From: a virus
Reading direction: 5' to 3' (one strand)
IMG/VR virus record: IMGVR_UViG_3300045988_162372
DNA length: 64,000 nt
Part shown: positions 28,301 to 35,800 of the stretch, piece by piece
Numbering within the stretch: the stretch's first letter is position 1
How the letters are laid out: every line of letters begins with the position of its first letter
Translations under genes and position numbers: made by a program
The notes under the pieces: model-generated
Databases searched by the model: none
Told to the model about the DNA's origin: nothing
The model's input: the letters and a program-made list of their open reading frames with translations, nothing else

Positions 28301-28616
28301 CGTAGTCCACATCACTTGTGTAGGATGGATGAACTGAGTTTGTATCCAACATCCTTGAATTACCATAAGGCATAGCATCATTACCGAGCAAATTCATTGT
28401 TGTATCCTTTTCAAGAACATTCAATCTCATCAGACGTTCCATAAATCTACGGTTTTTAAGGTTATTATCACACAACCCCTCTATTGATATGCCCAACATT
28501 GTTTCAAGCAAGTCATCGGTCTTGTTTCTAAACTTAGTTGCAAGATTATCAATTGTTGTCTGCATCGTATTATATATGCTCGTCAATACACTTCTATTGT
28601 TATTTGTACTAGGCAT
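25320..28616 (-). CDS. large tail/baseplate protein, possible OmpA-like peptidoglycan-binding segment
   Basis: 1098-aa ORF, the first gene after the tape measure. INGIGYSNSHGNNASGQVNTNRNYLLAMQRIETVVNWF loosely fits the OmpA_C pattern (GxTDxxGxxxxNxxLSxxRAxxVxxxL). Confidence 0.5.
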   Translation of the reverse strand: MPSTNNNRSVLTSIYNTMQTTIDNLATKFRNKTDDLLETMLGISIEGLCDNNLKNRRFMERLMRLNVLEKDTTMNLLGNDAMPYGNSRMLDTNSVHPSYTSDVDYVKNYMQYRYDDYVRKTDVNPSSFNDYGNGNELYTRTQNLVPDELNRLEGRYSNHKWQAVNRDSILSKTKNLFNANKINTIISGFCTSHGEGGVTDDTDAKSQYGMSHGRNLLLKEAEFDGGTGFYNVNGYNNPYCRVWTHHYQYNRLSRLIRPFITISGKRGDNENVSVESRRDFNDWDSFSEGANAYWKKDNSRWDYSVLNSNGFVNIAPKFNSEQDKKIHAKQCMFSIENLAWKGYDPYSFERALSWEQRGPMGGRIMWFPPYGIQFNETTQANWTNHTFIGRGEDVYTYTNTIRSGNLSFLMVVDHPSIIDYVSWHGGKGNGKENSISDSDLLRFFAGCDDGTIKDAVKPTPLTDEYTEPEFTNTYTKADPVKLDPPPVEPEIPEDIKEITFYVFYPNNYSGVYDTIGESVEAMAYLLCGSNAQKKNENPYEDYSLQFNYESMNNFNGHGYEMGQGYVTDRSDSRTGPIIGTRMAWRTALNKNTKTYPASTTKRWYYRIDGKYEVPSRGDVNKNTYDQTLLVNANYEDSEDYGLNVNADAVKEIFNETDNEYIYSFAEVAAAIANSDDIRNYLINNKGVSQERVETLKDILDNYEITNINGIGYSNSHGNNASGQVNTNRNYLLAMQRIETVVNWFNNEKKSSLSGTKEVVNPDPSKRVSTQDVSEKDSKKYRSAKMSIVLKNSTTVKQSETIQSTIDGSGNTVSNSNQKYIGYETKTSTNGKTYYEDSNGNKWIEVTDKNSSHYGELVMVDVDSNNNLVGINETQTSESQERSQENNTVRYDQEYYFFKALKQTDPIIFDRLMDKIQYFDPAFHSMTPEGFSARLTFLQQCTRQGNTIGASDTTNSMTPNNTASNLAFGRPPFCVLRLGDFYNQMIVIDNISINYEPLMWDLNTEGGAGVIPLLANVTISFKFIGGGDMTGPVRRLQNAMTFNFYSNNSLFDNRSDRMEYNIGKEYSKEQGALGNDIKEDSSEFYITQAYNKNINDRTI

Positions 28617-28640
28617 TGTTTAATCTTCCTCAACTTTTAT

Positions 28641-28656
28641 GAAATAAATTATATCA
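28641..28656 (-). promoter_or_regulatory. TGATAT-ATTTAT box (candidate late promoter) upstream of 25320..28616
   Basis: The minus strand reads TGATATAATTTATTTCATAAAAG, starting 40 nt before the ATG. Related boxes lie 41-44 nt before three other tail genes. Confidence 0.4.
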
Positions 28657-28767
28657 CCTTTCTCCATAAGTATCTGCAACATTACTTTTTCATATATACG
28701 CAAAAATTGCTTATCAGATTATATGAATATAGTTAAAATCAAAGTGTCATTTCAATTTTTTTCCTCA

Positions 28768-29090
28768 CCAGATATTAATGTTAACAACTAGTCGTAGACA
28801 TTAATATTGTTTTATAATAATATTGTTAACAATAATATAGAATTATTATATTTTATTTTTTATTTTTATATAATAATGTTAACGATATTATTGTCTACAT
28901 TATTGTATTATTGTTTACTCTAATATTGTTAACAATAATAAACTATATATCTATACAATATTATTGTTTATATTATTATATTATACTAGTATACATTAAT
29001 GATGTAAAACAATAATATACTATACTAGTATATAATATTAATGTTTAACAATAATAATGTTAACAACTAGTTGTATACAATAATATCTGG
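28768..29090. repeat. 323-bp quasi-palindromic noncoding element, dense in short repeats, bounded by 25-nt imperfect inverted repeats
   Basis: The ends (28768..28792 and 29066..29090) are inverted repeats matching at 22 of 25 positions. Internal repeats: a 16-bp direct repeat (28777..28792, 29056..29071), a 20-bp direct repeat TAATATTGTTAACAATAATA (28818..28837, 28921..28940), two TATACTAGTATA palindromes (28982..28993, 29021..29032), five GTTAAC cores, and at least 12 AACAATAAT/ATTATTGTT-type motifs. No ORF on either strand. Confidence 0.85.
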
Positions 29091-29135
29091 AAAAAGCAAA
29101 ATATCAAAGTGCAAAACTGAACACTTGAAAATAAG

Positions 29136-29205
29136 GCGTTCTAAGAGGTTTTCTTATTCAAAGCGATAACTTGTATCCTTTTGAAGAAATAATCGCTCAG
29201 AACGC
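29136..29205 (-). terminator. long structured hairpin just after the tape-measure stop codon
   Basis: Outer arms GCGTTCTAAG (29136..29145) / CTCAGAACGC (29196..29205) pair at 9 of 10 positions. Inner AGCGAT/ATCGCT and TTCAAA/TTTGAA pairings are also possible. The minus strand continues CTTATTTTC. This segment is noticeably more GC-rich than its surroundings. Confidence 0.5.
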
Positions 29206-29229
29206 ACGAAAACAGTCAAATTTCGTATT

Positions 29230-32200
29230 CTACTTCCTTAGATAGTCATATTGTGTAACACTCCTACCTCCATTGATGGATTTTCCGACTTCATCAGAAA
29301 TCATTTGAGATAATTGCCGTATCAGCATCGGATTCTTATTTAATAATTCCATAATGTCAATACTTTGCCCATTCGCTTCAAGCCTTACACTACCAGATAA
29401 TTCAACTTTTACTGGTTTTATTATAATTTCAGTAGGCATTGCATTTACACCCATTTGGCTTGCAAGCTCATTTGCTGATACCGTCATAGGATTTCCATTG
29501 CCAAAAGCCATTGCATCATCTGAAGAAACAAACTGCGATTTTCCTATCGGTTCTGACGGAACAACACTATTATTGGATAAGTTGTTATATATTTCATCAA
29601 TACGTCCAAATACTCCATTAAACAATGTATCAAAAGGCCCACCAGTCTTTGCAAAGATGGCATTATCTTGAGGGTTTGTCTTCGCAACGCCATCATTGAT
29701 AGATTTAACAGTTTTTGCTGATACCGTCATAGGATTTCCATTGCCAAAAGCCATTGCATCATTGACTGATGACATTGAAAAATTACTATCAATAGGTTTA
29801 ATACTATTTGCAGCAACAGTCATTGGTTTGCCATCGCCTGACATAAAAGCATCATTTGCTCTTTGTGTGGGATATGCCTTTACTGATGATAATGACTTAT
29901 CAGCTTCATAGGTTGCTTGATTTTCTTTGAATTGAACATAAGAAGGTGAGCTACCATTAGGGTTATTTGGGTTGTACCCAGTTTTTTGATAAATGTCATT
30001 CAAAACGCTAACAATTGCTTCTCCATATGTTTGGATATTCTTAACCACATCATCGGCTGATGCTTGATATGCTTGTGCATTTTGGGCGAGTGAATTTTCA
30101 TATACTTGTGTGGCTTTATTTACATTTTCTGTAATTTTACTAACATATTCATCAAGTTTGGTATTAAAATCTTCCTGTTCTTTTGCAAGCCTTTCATTCA
30201 TATTAGCAGAAAATTGTCCACTTTCTACTAATTTATTTGAAAGTTCACTCAAATTACCTTCTGTAGCACCTCTAAACAGTTCTGTAAATGATACAAGTTT
30301 AGCCATACCTTTTTCCATAGTGTCTTCATATGTCTCTCCTTGTACCATACCTACATTTTGCTCATTCACATCCTTGACATTCATCTTTCGACCATCAATG
30401 GTATTCACCATCCATTCACCGTTTTCATAATAAGCCTTATTAACAAGTGCCTGCTGTTGGTCTCCTGTTAAATTTTGATTTACACCTGTTACCTTATTTT
30501 TCTTGATATTATAAGTTGCTTGCGCCCTTACATCTTCAATAGATTGCCCAGATGCTTCAGCAAAAGCTCTCATTAATTCTTGGTCAACTTGATTAAAATC
30601 GACATTACCTGTCTTCTTATTGAAACGTCCCATGCCTTTTGTCATATTATTGAAACGCTTCATAAGAGATTCTGGGTCGTTAAATGCTTCATAATACATA
30701 GCAAGAGGATCCGCATACATAGCATATCTTCCGCCTAACACCTGTATTTTAGCAGCTTTCGTTATGATGTTTTCTAAACCTCCACTTTGTATGTTATCAA
30801 GAATTTGAGGAACGTTAGCCATATTGAATCTGACATTTTGCGCCCATTTAGCCATATCAGCCAATCCCTTAACACCGTCCTTGAAAGTAAATTTATTAGC
30901 CATTTTCATGTTATTGACCATATCTTTCATATATTTTCTCCCATCAAGACCCATTTTGTTAAGTTTTTTAGCTATATCGGAAAACATATCGACAGTTCCG
31001 CTAACACCTATATTAAACAGTTCTGCATTGTTAGCTAATTCAGCAGCGGTTTGAATATCTCCACCGAGATATTTTTTAGAAAATGCAGCTTGTTTTGTCA
31101 AATCACTTTCATTCATCATCATATTTCTACCACCAGGAGCATAACTTTGTATAAGTTGCATTACATCTTGCGCAGTTAAACCGTATGTTCTTGCAAGTTT
31201 AGTGGTTATCTGATTCATATAAGACGAAAACGTTTCTAACTGTCGTCTATCTGTAATACCCTTACCAATTCCTGAATTAAAAGAAATGTCTTGAAAATTC
31301 ATAGACCATTGCTCTACTGTTTGAGCCATTTTTTGATACATCTTTTCAATTTGATTGGCTGTATCTAATACGCTTTTCTTTATCTCAGTAACATCCTCAG
31401 TTTGTTTAGTCAATGCGTCAAGTCTTTTTTGCTCAAAATTCTGTGTAATTTTTGCAAAATTTTCATAGTTAGCTTGTTGAGCATTTAAATTATTGGTTGC
31501 ATTTGTAATATCTTTTATAAGGGTGGTTTCTCCTTTTGTAATAGCAGCATCTGTAATTCCTCCAAAATCTAACCCTACGAGTCCTGTTACTGAATTCACC
31601 ATTCCAGCTCCTGTTACAGCACCCAATTTACCATCGGTTGCCATATTTTTGAAACCACCAGTCGTATTTTCTCCATATTTCTCGGCAAGTTTAGCCTGAT
31701 TTCCGAAACTTTGTACATTGTCAGCACTTGTACTACCTCCCACAGCTCTATTAATACTACTAGTCCACGGATTTTCCGCTGTTAGTCTAAGATCTTCAAC
31801 GGCAAGTTTTGCATCTTCACTTTCGGCATTTAACAATGTTTGTCTTTGTTGATATGCCCTACTTTCTTGTCCTCGTTCATATTGTCCTTGTACAAATTTC
31901 TGACGTTCAGTTTCGATTTTTTGTGTTTTGGCAATATCTTCATTCAATTTTTTTACTGCTGTATCAATATCAGTTTGAGCAGACAACCTTTCCCATGCAG
32001 CATTATTAATATCACCTATCACACTATTAATTTTTGCAGATGTATTAGCGATTGCCGTTTGATTAGCAATTTCTTGTTTTCCTCTTTCTTCAACAATCAT
32101 CTTATTATATTCAGACATTTGTCTTTCAAAAGAAGTATTTAATTTTTCTACAGTTCCTTCTGCTTCAACATTTGATAGTTCAATATTACGTTTTGTATAT

Positions 32201-32703
32201 AACGTATTTCTTCTATTTTGAATATCTTGTTGTTTTTTATCAGTTTCAGCAAATGCTTTGGCTGCTTTAGAAGCAATATCAAGAACAACAGAAAATACAG
32301 TTAAAAAACCGCTGGCTTTACCCAATAATTTAGAGAATTTTTGCAATCCTCCCCCAGCAATTTCCATTGCTTTCCCTACCTTGCCGCCTCTTGTAGCTCC
32401 TTTTTTACCCATTTTATATCCAAAAGCATCCATAAATCTTGCACTATTATCAAGATTCTGCTTTTGGTCTTTTTTATTAAACTTTTGATATGCTGTTCTA
32501 AGAGAAGAATTGTTATCAGGTTTAGGTTTTCTTCTTGGTCTATTAGAGTCATTAGAATTATTGTTCGTATTATTAGAAGTAGATTTATTAAAAGCATCTT
32601 GTAACTTATCAATTGTATCAATAAGTTTATCAATAGAATTATTTAATTTATCAAAATTTCTATTTCCATTTGCAATATTTCTCGACCGTCTATTACTTGC
32701 CAT
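29230..32703 (-). CDS. tail tape measure protein
   Basis: 1157 aa with long coiled-coil-like Q/E/K/N-rich stretches and a Gly-rich hydrophobic segment (GGKVGKAMEIAGGGLQKFSKLLGKASGFLTVFSVVLDIA). The C-terminal motif DAMAFGNGNPMTVSA is repeated. The gene sits between the chaperone-position ORFs and the baseplate/hub genes. Confidence 0.8.
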   Translation of the reverse strand: MASNRRSRNIANGNRNFDKLNNSIDKLIDTIDKLQDAFNKSTSNNTNNNSNDSNRPRRKPKPDNNSSLRTAYQKFNKKDQKQNLDNSARFMDAFGYKMGKKGATRGGKVGKAMEIAGGGLQKFSKLLGKASGFLTVFSVVLDIASKAAKAFAETDKKQQDIQNRRNTLYTKRNIELSNVEAEGTVEKLNTSFERQMSEYNKMIVEERGKQEIANQTAIANTSAKINSVIGDINNAAWERLSAQTDIDTAVKKLNEDIAKTQKIETERQKFVQGQYERGQESRAYQQRQTLLNAESEDAKLAVEDLRLTAENPWTSSINRAVGGSTSADNVQSFGNQAKLAEKYGENTTGGFKNMATDGKLGAVTGAGMVNSVTGLVGLDFGGITDAAITKGETTLIKDITNATNNLNAQQANYENFAKITQNFEQKRLDALTKQTEDVTEIKKSVLDTANQIEKMYQKMAQTVEQWSMNFQDISFNSGIGKGITDRRQLETFSSYMNQITTKLARTYGLTAQDVMQLIQSYAPGGRNMMMNESDLTKQAAFSKKYLGGDIQTAAELANNAELFNIGVSGTVDMFSDIAKKLNKMGLDGRKYMKDMVNNMKMANKFTFKDGVKGLADMAKWAQNVRFNMANVPQILDNIQSGGLENIITKAAKIQVLGGRYAMYADPLAMYYEAFNDPESLMKRFNNMTKGMGRFNKKTGNVDFNQVDQELMRAFAEASGQSIEDVRAQATYNIKKNKVTGVNQNLTGDQQQALVNKAYYENGEWMVNTIDGRKMNVKDVNEQNVGMVQGETYEDTMEKGMAKLVSFTELFRGATEGNLSELSNKLVESGQFSANMNERLAKEQEDFNTKLDEYVSKITENVNKATQVYENSLAQNAQAYQASADDVVKNIQTYGEAIVSVLNDIYQKTGYNPNNPNGSSPSYVQFKENQATYEADKSLSSVKAYPTQRANDAFMSGDGKPMTVAANSIKPIDSNFSMSSVNDAMAFGNGNPMTVSAKTVKSINDGVAKTNPQDNAIFAKTGGPFDTLFNGVFGRIDEIYNNLSNNSVVPSEPIGKSQFVSSDDAMAFGNGNPMTVSANELASQMGVNAMPTEIIIKPVKVELSGSVRLEANGQSIDIMELLNKNPMLIRQLSQMISDEVGKSINGGRSVTQYDYLRK
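29471..29519. repeat. 49-bp perfect direct repeat, copy 1 (inside the tape-measure gene)
   Basis: TTTGCTGATACCGTCATAGGATTTCCATTGCCAAAAGCCATTGCATCAT is identical to 29714..29762. The 243-bp offset equals 81 codons. Confidence 0.95.
29714..29762. repeat. 49-bp perfect direct repeat, copy 2 (inside the tape-measure gene)
   Basis: Identical to 29471..29519. A diverged third copy lies near 29815..29860 (protein NDAFMSGDGKPMTVAA). Confidence 0.95.
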
Positions 32704-32723
32704 TATACAATATTAATAGGTAA

Positions 32724-32738
32724 TTTATATAAATAAAT
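32724..32738 (-). promoter_or_regulatory. variant of the ATTTATATAAA box upstream of the tape-measure gene
   Basis: The minus strand reads TTATTTATTTATATAAATTACCTATTAATATTGTATA-ATG. Compare AACTATTTATATATAAATTAATATATTGCA-ATG upstream of 63085. Confidence 0.3.
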
Positions 32739-32764
32739 AACAGGATAATAAAAATTACCCTGTT
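32739..32764 (-). terminator. hairpin terminator overlapping the stop of the small ORF upstream of the tape measure
   Basis: AACAGGATAAT (32739..32749) pairs with ATTACCCTGTT (32754..32764) at 10 of 11 positions, with an AAAA loop. The minus strand continues ATTTATTTAT. Confidence 0.5.
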
Positions 32765-32984
32765 ACTTTTTAAGTGACCTCTTTTCTGCGTCAACTTGTT
32801 TATTATGTGTAATTATATAGAACTTTCTTTCCTGAATCGGCATATTATATATTTCAGTCATAGATAATTTCATATACTTATGACAAAGCCAAATTTCCTT
32901 TTTCAAATCTTTTTCATAATCCTTATATATTAAGGAAAATAGTATCGTCGATTGTAAGAAACGTATCAAAAGAGCCACCTCCAT
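32763..32984 (-). CDS. small ORF immediately upstream of the tape measure (true start uncertain)
   Basis: This 73-aa track ORF overlaps the end of the 527-aa ORF by 62 nt. Internal Met38 (MKLSMTEIYNMPIQERKFYI...) is an alternative start. It sits where tail assembly chaperones are usually encoded. Confidence 0.3.
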   Translation of the reverse strand: MEVALLIRFLQSTILFSLIYKDYEKDLKKEIWLCHKYMKLSMTEIYNMPIQERKFYIITHNKQVDAEKRSLKK

Positions 32985-34506
32985 CGCTCTCAGGGATATT
33001 AACAGTTATATTGAAATCAACACCAGGCTTATTGTTCATCACATAAGTTCTATATGCATAAGCTTCCTTTGCACGCATATTGTTAATGTAATTTTCTATA
33101 TATGTCCTATCAGTATTACCATTAACGGAAACAGTATATTTTATCATCTGTTTAGTAATGACTTCTTCATATTCATGTTTAAAATTTTCATCCATTTTAA
33201 CATTATCTCCGATAATACTTTTCAAATCAGCAATACAATCGTCTGCATCTTGTTTATCATCATCATTAAAATTATTAAAATTTTTAAAACATTCTTGCAG
33301 ATTATTCAAATGTTCAATGGCATCAAATGCACTAATATTGATACGTTCATTAACTAAATCCCTTTTAAGTTCTTCCTCCTCTTCATAAGATAATACTTTA
33401 AATTTTAATTTAGTTCCACTCTCAGTAGTATAAGTAAACAACCCGTCCTTATCACCTTTCAAATTAAAAGGAAGATATTTTAATTGATTTAAATCAAAAT
33501 CAATGTCATACTTCTTACCAGTATCAGGGTTTGTTGCTGTAATAGGGAAACGACTTCCATAACCAGTAGCTCTAAGCCAAAGAATAACGGCATCTCTATC
33601 GCCTTTGCATAATTCATTAGATCTAACCCTCTTGTCAAGTATCTTTCTATCTAATATAACGTCAACAACTTTTCCATCCCGATACATATTAGGTGAAGCA
33701 ATGAGATTTTCATCAGATGCGGTCAGATATGCAACAGCAAGTCTTCCAATTTTATGAGGGTAGCATTGTCCGTCAGACGGAAGAGGAATCACATCGTATT
33801 GTACATAATCAGGAATTGTACTGTAATCAAAATCATAGCCGTTTACAGGACTATTTTCTGGAATTTCCTCTTCGTCCACTTCCATTTGAGGAACAATTTC
33901 TTCCTTTTTTTCTTCTATCTTCTCAACGGCAGGCATTTCAATAATATCCTCTGTGTTTTTTCTTCTACGTCTTGTTTGTTTTGCTGTGGTTTCTGTTACA
34001 TTTTCTTTCATTTCACTGTTATCAGATAATTCATTATCATTTCTTATGTAAGTTTGATTCATAAGTTTTGTCTCAAGTTCCAAATCCTGTTTAAACTCTT
34101 CATTTTTCTCACGTTTGACGTGTTTTCTATTCTTTTCTGTAAGACTGGATTTAACAGAAACAGTTGCTTGTGTATTTTGTTTATTCCTTAATCCTTCATC
34201 AGTCAATCCTTTCTTTTCAAGACGTTCTTGATATTTTCTTATATAATAAGGAGATACTTCCCTATATGAAGTATTACCCAAATCCTTCTCAGAAGCACCA
34301 TAATACACTTTTGCTTGTTTTCTATTGTCATCCATAGCAGTTTCAATGTCATTTATCGTCTTGGTTTTCGCAATATCATCTAATTTATCCGTACTCATGA
34401 CATTTTTCTTTGCTTCTTCGAGCATTTGGTTCTCAGCTTTCAATATAGCAAGTTCCCTTTTCCGTATTTCAGCCCTTTGTTCAGGTGTAAGTTCTTTTTT
34501 TGCCAT
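32923..34506 (-). CDS. tail/baseplate protein, possibly T4 gp26-type hub subunit
   Basis: 527 aa with a charged, low-complexity N-terminal half. The C-terminal domain IPLPSDGQCYP...VAYLTASDENLIAS...LCKGDRDAVILWLRATGYGSRFP fits my recollection of the T4_baseplate (gp26-like) pattern IPLPSxG..Y...mTa.DE..l...L..gD...l...lR..syG. Confidence 0.4.
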   Translation of the reverse strand: MAKKELTPEQRAEIRKRELAILKAENQMLEEAKKNVMSTDKLDDIAKTKTINDIETAMDDNRKQAKVYYGASEKDLGNTSYREVSPYYIRKYQERLEKKGLTDEGLRNKQNTQATVSVKSSLTEKNRKHVKREKNEEFKQDLELETKLMNQTYIRNDNELSDNSEMKENVTETTAKQTRRRRKNTEDIIEMPAVEKIEEKKEEIVPQMEVDEEEIPENSPVNGYDFDYSTIPDYVQYDVIPLPSDGQCYPHKIGRLAVAYLTASDENLIASPNMYRDGKVVDVILDRKILDKRVRSNELCKGDRDAVILWLRATGYGSRFPITATNPDTGKKYDIDFDLNQLKYLPFNLKGDKDGLFTYTTESGTKLKFKVLSYEEEEELKRDLVNERINISAFDAIEHLNNLQECFKNFNNFNDDDKQDADDCIADLKSIIGDNVKMDENFKHEYEEVITKQMIKYTVSVNGNTDRTYIENYINNMRAKEAYAYRTYVMNNKPGVDFNITVNIPESDGGGSFDTFLTIDDTIFLNI

Positions 34507-34526
34507 TATATATCAAATATTTAGTC

Positions 34527-35174
34527 TTAATTATCCACAACAAAAATTATTTTATTTACTAAAACAGCGTATTCAGAAGCGGAATATCCCTCAACCATCT
34601 TACACTCCTTAAAAATAGCGGAAGATTTCGCATCAGAGAATGTCATTTTGAAATCCTTTTTAGGAAGATTAAAAATTTTTTCTTCTTCAGTAAGTCTTGG
34701 ACTGTGGTTTATATGATTACTTTCTTTCAACCACATCTTCATTTCAGTTTCCAAGTCTGGATTAGATGCCAATTTTATCATTTTAAGAATAATGATGAAT
34801 TGTTCACCAGTTCTGTAAAACCTGATAAGCTCATCAATCGTTTCATCATTCCCTTTAATGTTTCTTACAATGCATTCACAGCTATTGTATTGGTATTCCT
34901 GCTTCACATAGTTTCTTTTTATCTTCTGCTTGCTTCCAAACCAAAGACTTCCACCGAATATGTTCCTTTGTCTGTCATAATTGGAAGAAACAAGCATACT
35001 GACACCATCTTTATACCGATTATAGTCTTCAGTCATAATCTGAATATACTTTCTATCTGTAAAATTAGGGTCATCATATCTAAAACCTTTTACAGGGTCT
35101 CCTATTGCATATGGTAAATAAAGAGTCGCTTTCATTATTTTTTGAATAAAATTATTTATCAATAAAGATAACAA
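34527..35174 (-). CDS. hypothetical protein
   Basis: 215-aa ORF. Met14 (MKATLYLPYAIGDPVKG, start 35135) is an equally plausible start. Confidence 0.5.
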   Translation of the reverse strand: MLSLLINNFIQKIMKATLYLPYAIGDPVKGFRYDDPNFTDRKYIQIMTEDYNRYKDGVSMLVSSNYDRQRNIFGGSLWFGSKQKIKRNYVKQEYQYNSCECIVRNIKGNDETIDELIRFYRTGEQFIIILKMIKLASNPDLETEMKMWLKESNHINHSPRLTEEEKIFNLPKKDFKMTFSDAKSSAIFKECKMVEGYSASEYAVLVNKIIFVVDN

Positions 35175-35200
35175 AAAATAATTCTAAAAACAATAGATAA

Positions 35201-35770
35201 TTAATGAGGCTTTTTCTTATTTTCTAATATAAGTCTTTTCTTTGTGTTTATCTTTACATATTTTGATAATTCATCAATCACTTTTTGAGGATTATTCCTT
35301 ATATCATCTTCCCAAAACCTCAACAATGTAACACAATTAAGTCCTGCCCATTGTGTTTTTAGTTTGTCAATGAATTTATTATGCTTTTGCATAGGGCTTA
35401 AATCTTCATTTGTATATTTGTTTGGGTTTCCATGATAATAATCACCATCTATCTCAATCAATAAATCAACCTGAAAAGATTGTCCGTCCTGTTTTACACA
35501 TTCTATACCATCTTTCACCTCCATTATGTAGTCTTTTTCAGTAACGCAAGTAACGGCAAAATCATAAAAACGTTTTATTGCCTTAGCTTCATATTGATAT
35601 ATGTACACCAATCCAAGTTTATCAAGGAAATTCTTGGCAAAATCTCTTTCCAACTTGGAAGTTCCGTATTTTTGGTTAGTTATATTCTTTCTTTTAATAA
35701 AAGGATTAGCTTTTCTTACGATTTTATTTCTCCTTTTGATTTTTCCGTCACCCTTTACTGGTTGTTTCAT
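35201..35770 (-). CDS. stand-alone Vsr/DUF559-type (PD-(D/E)xK) endonuclease, homing-endonuclease-like
   Basis: YDFAV...LLIEIDGDYYHGNPNKY...LLRFWEDDIRNNP matches the IE.DG..(W/Y)H ... (R/V)FWE pattern of Vsr/DUF559-like nucleases. The same core occurs in the two long zinc-ribbon endonuclease-like genes in this window. Confidence 0.6.
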   Translation of the reverse strand: MKQPVKGDGKIKRRNKIVRKANPFIKRKNITNQKYGTSKLERDFAKNFLDKLGLVYIYQYEAKAIKRFYDFAVTCVTEKDYIMEVKDGIECVKQDGQSFQVDLLIEIDGDYYHGNPNKYTNEDLSPMQKHNKFIDKLKTQWAGLNCVTLLRFWEDDIRNNPQKVIDELSKYVKINTKKRLILENKKKPH

Positions 35771-35800
35771 ATTTTAACACAATATATTTGTCTATAACTA

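Noticed and set aside
28768-29090. Possible CRISPR array, because of many short repeats in a noncoding region.
   Set aside because: The repeats are only 8-20 bp, occur in both orientations, are often palindromic, and have no regular repeat-spacer period. No cas genes are nearby.
32763-32984. Programmed ribosomal frameshift (G/GT-type tail chaperone) between the 527-aa ORF and the overlapping 73-aa ORF just upstream of the tape measure.
   Set aside because: The downstream frame is +1 relative to the 527-aa frame, not -1. I see no XXXYYYZ slippery heptamer in the 62-nt overlap. The 527-aa protein is far larger than known chaperones. An internal Met start for a small separate ORF is simpler. 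The idea is not fully excluded.
35783-35790. Plus-strand TATATTTG (-7-like box) between two minus-strand genes.
   Set aside because: There is no TTTG at -33 spacing and no plus-strand gene downstream. One chance match to an 8-mer with two free positions is expected in AT-rich DNA.
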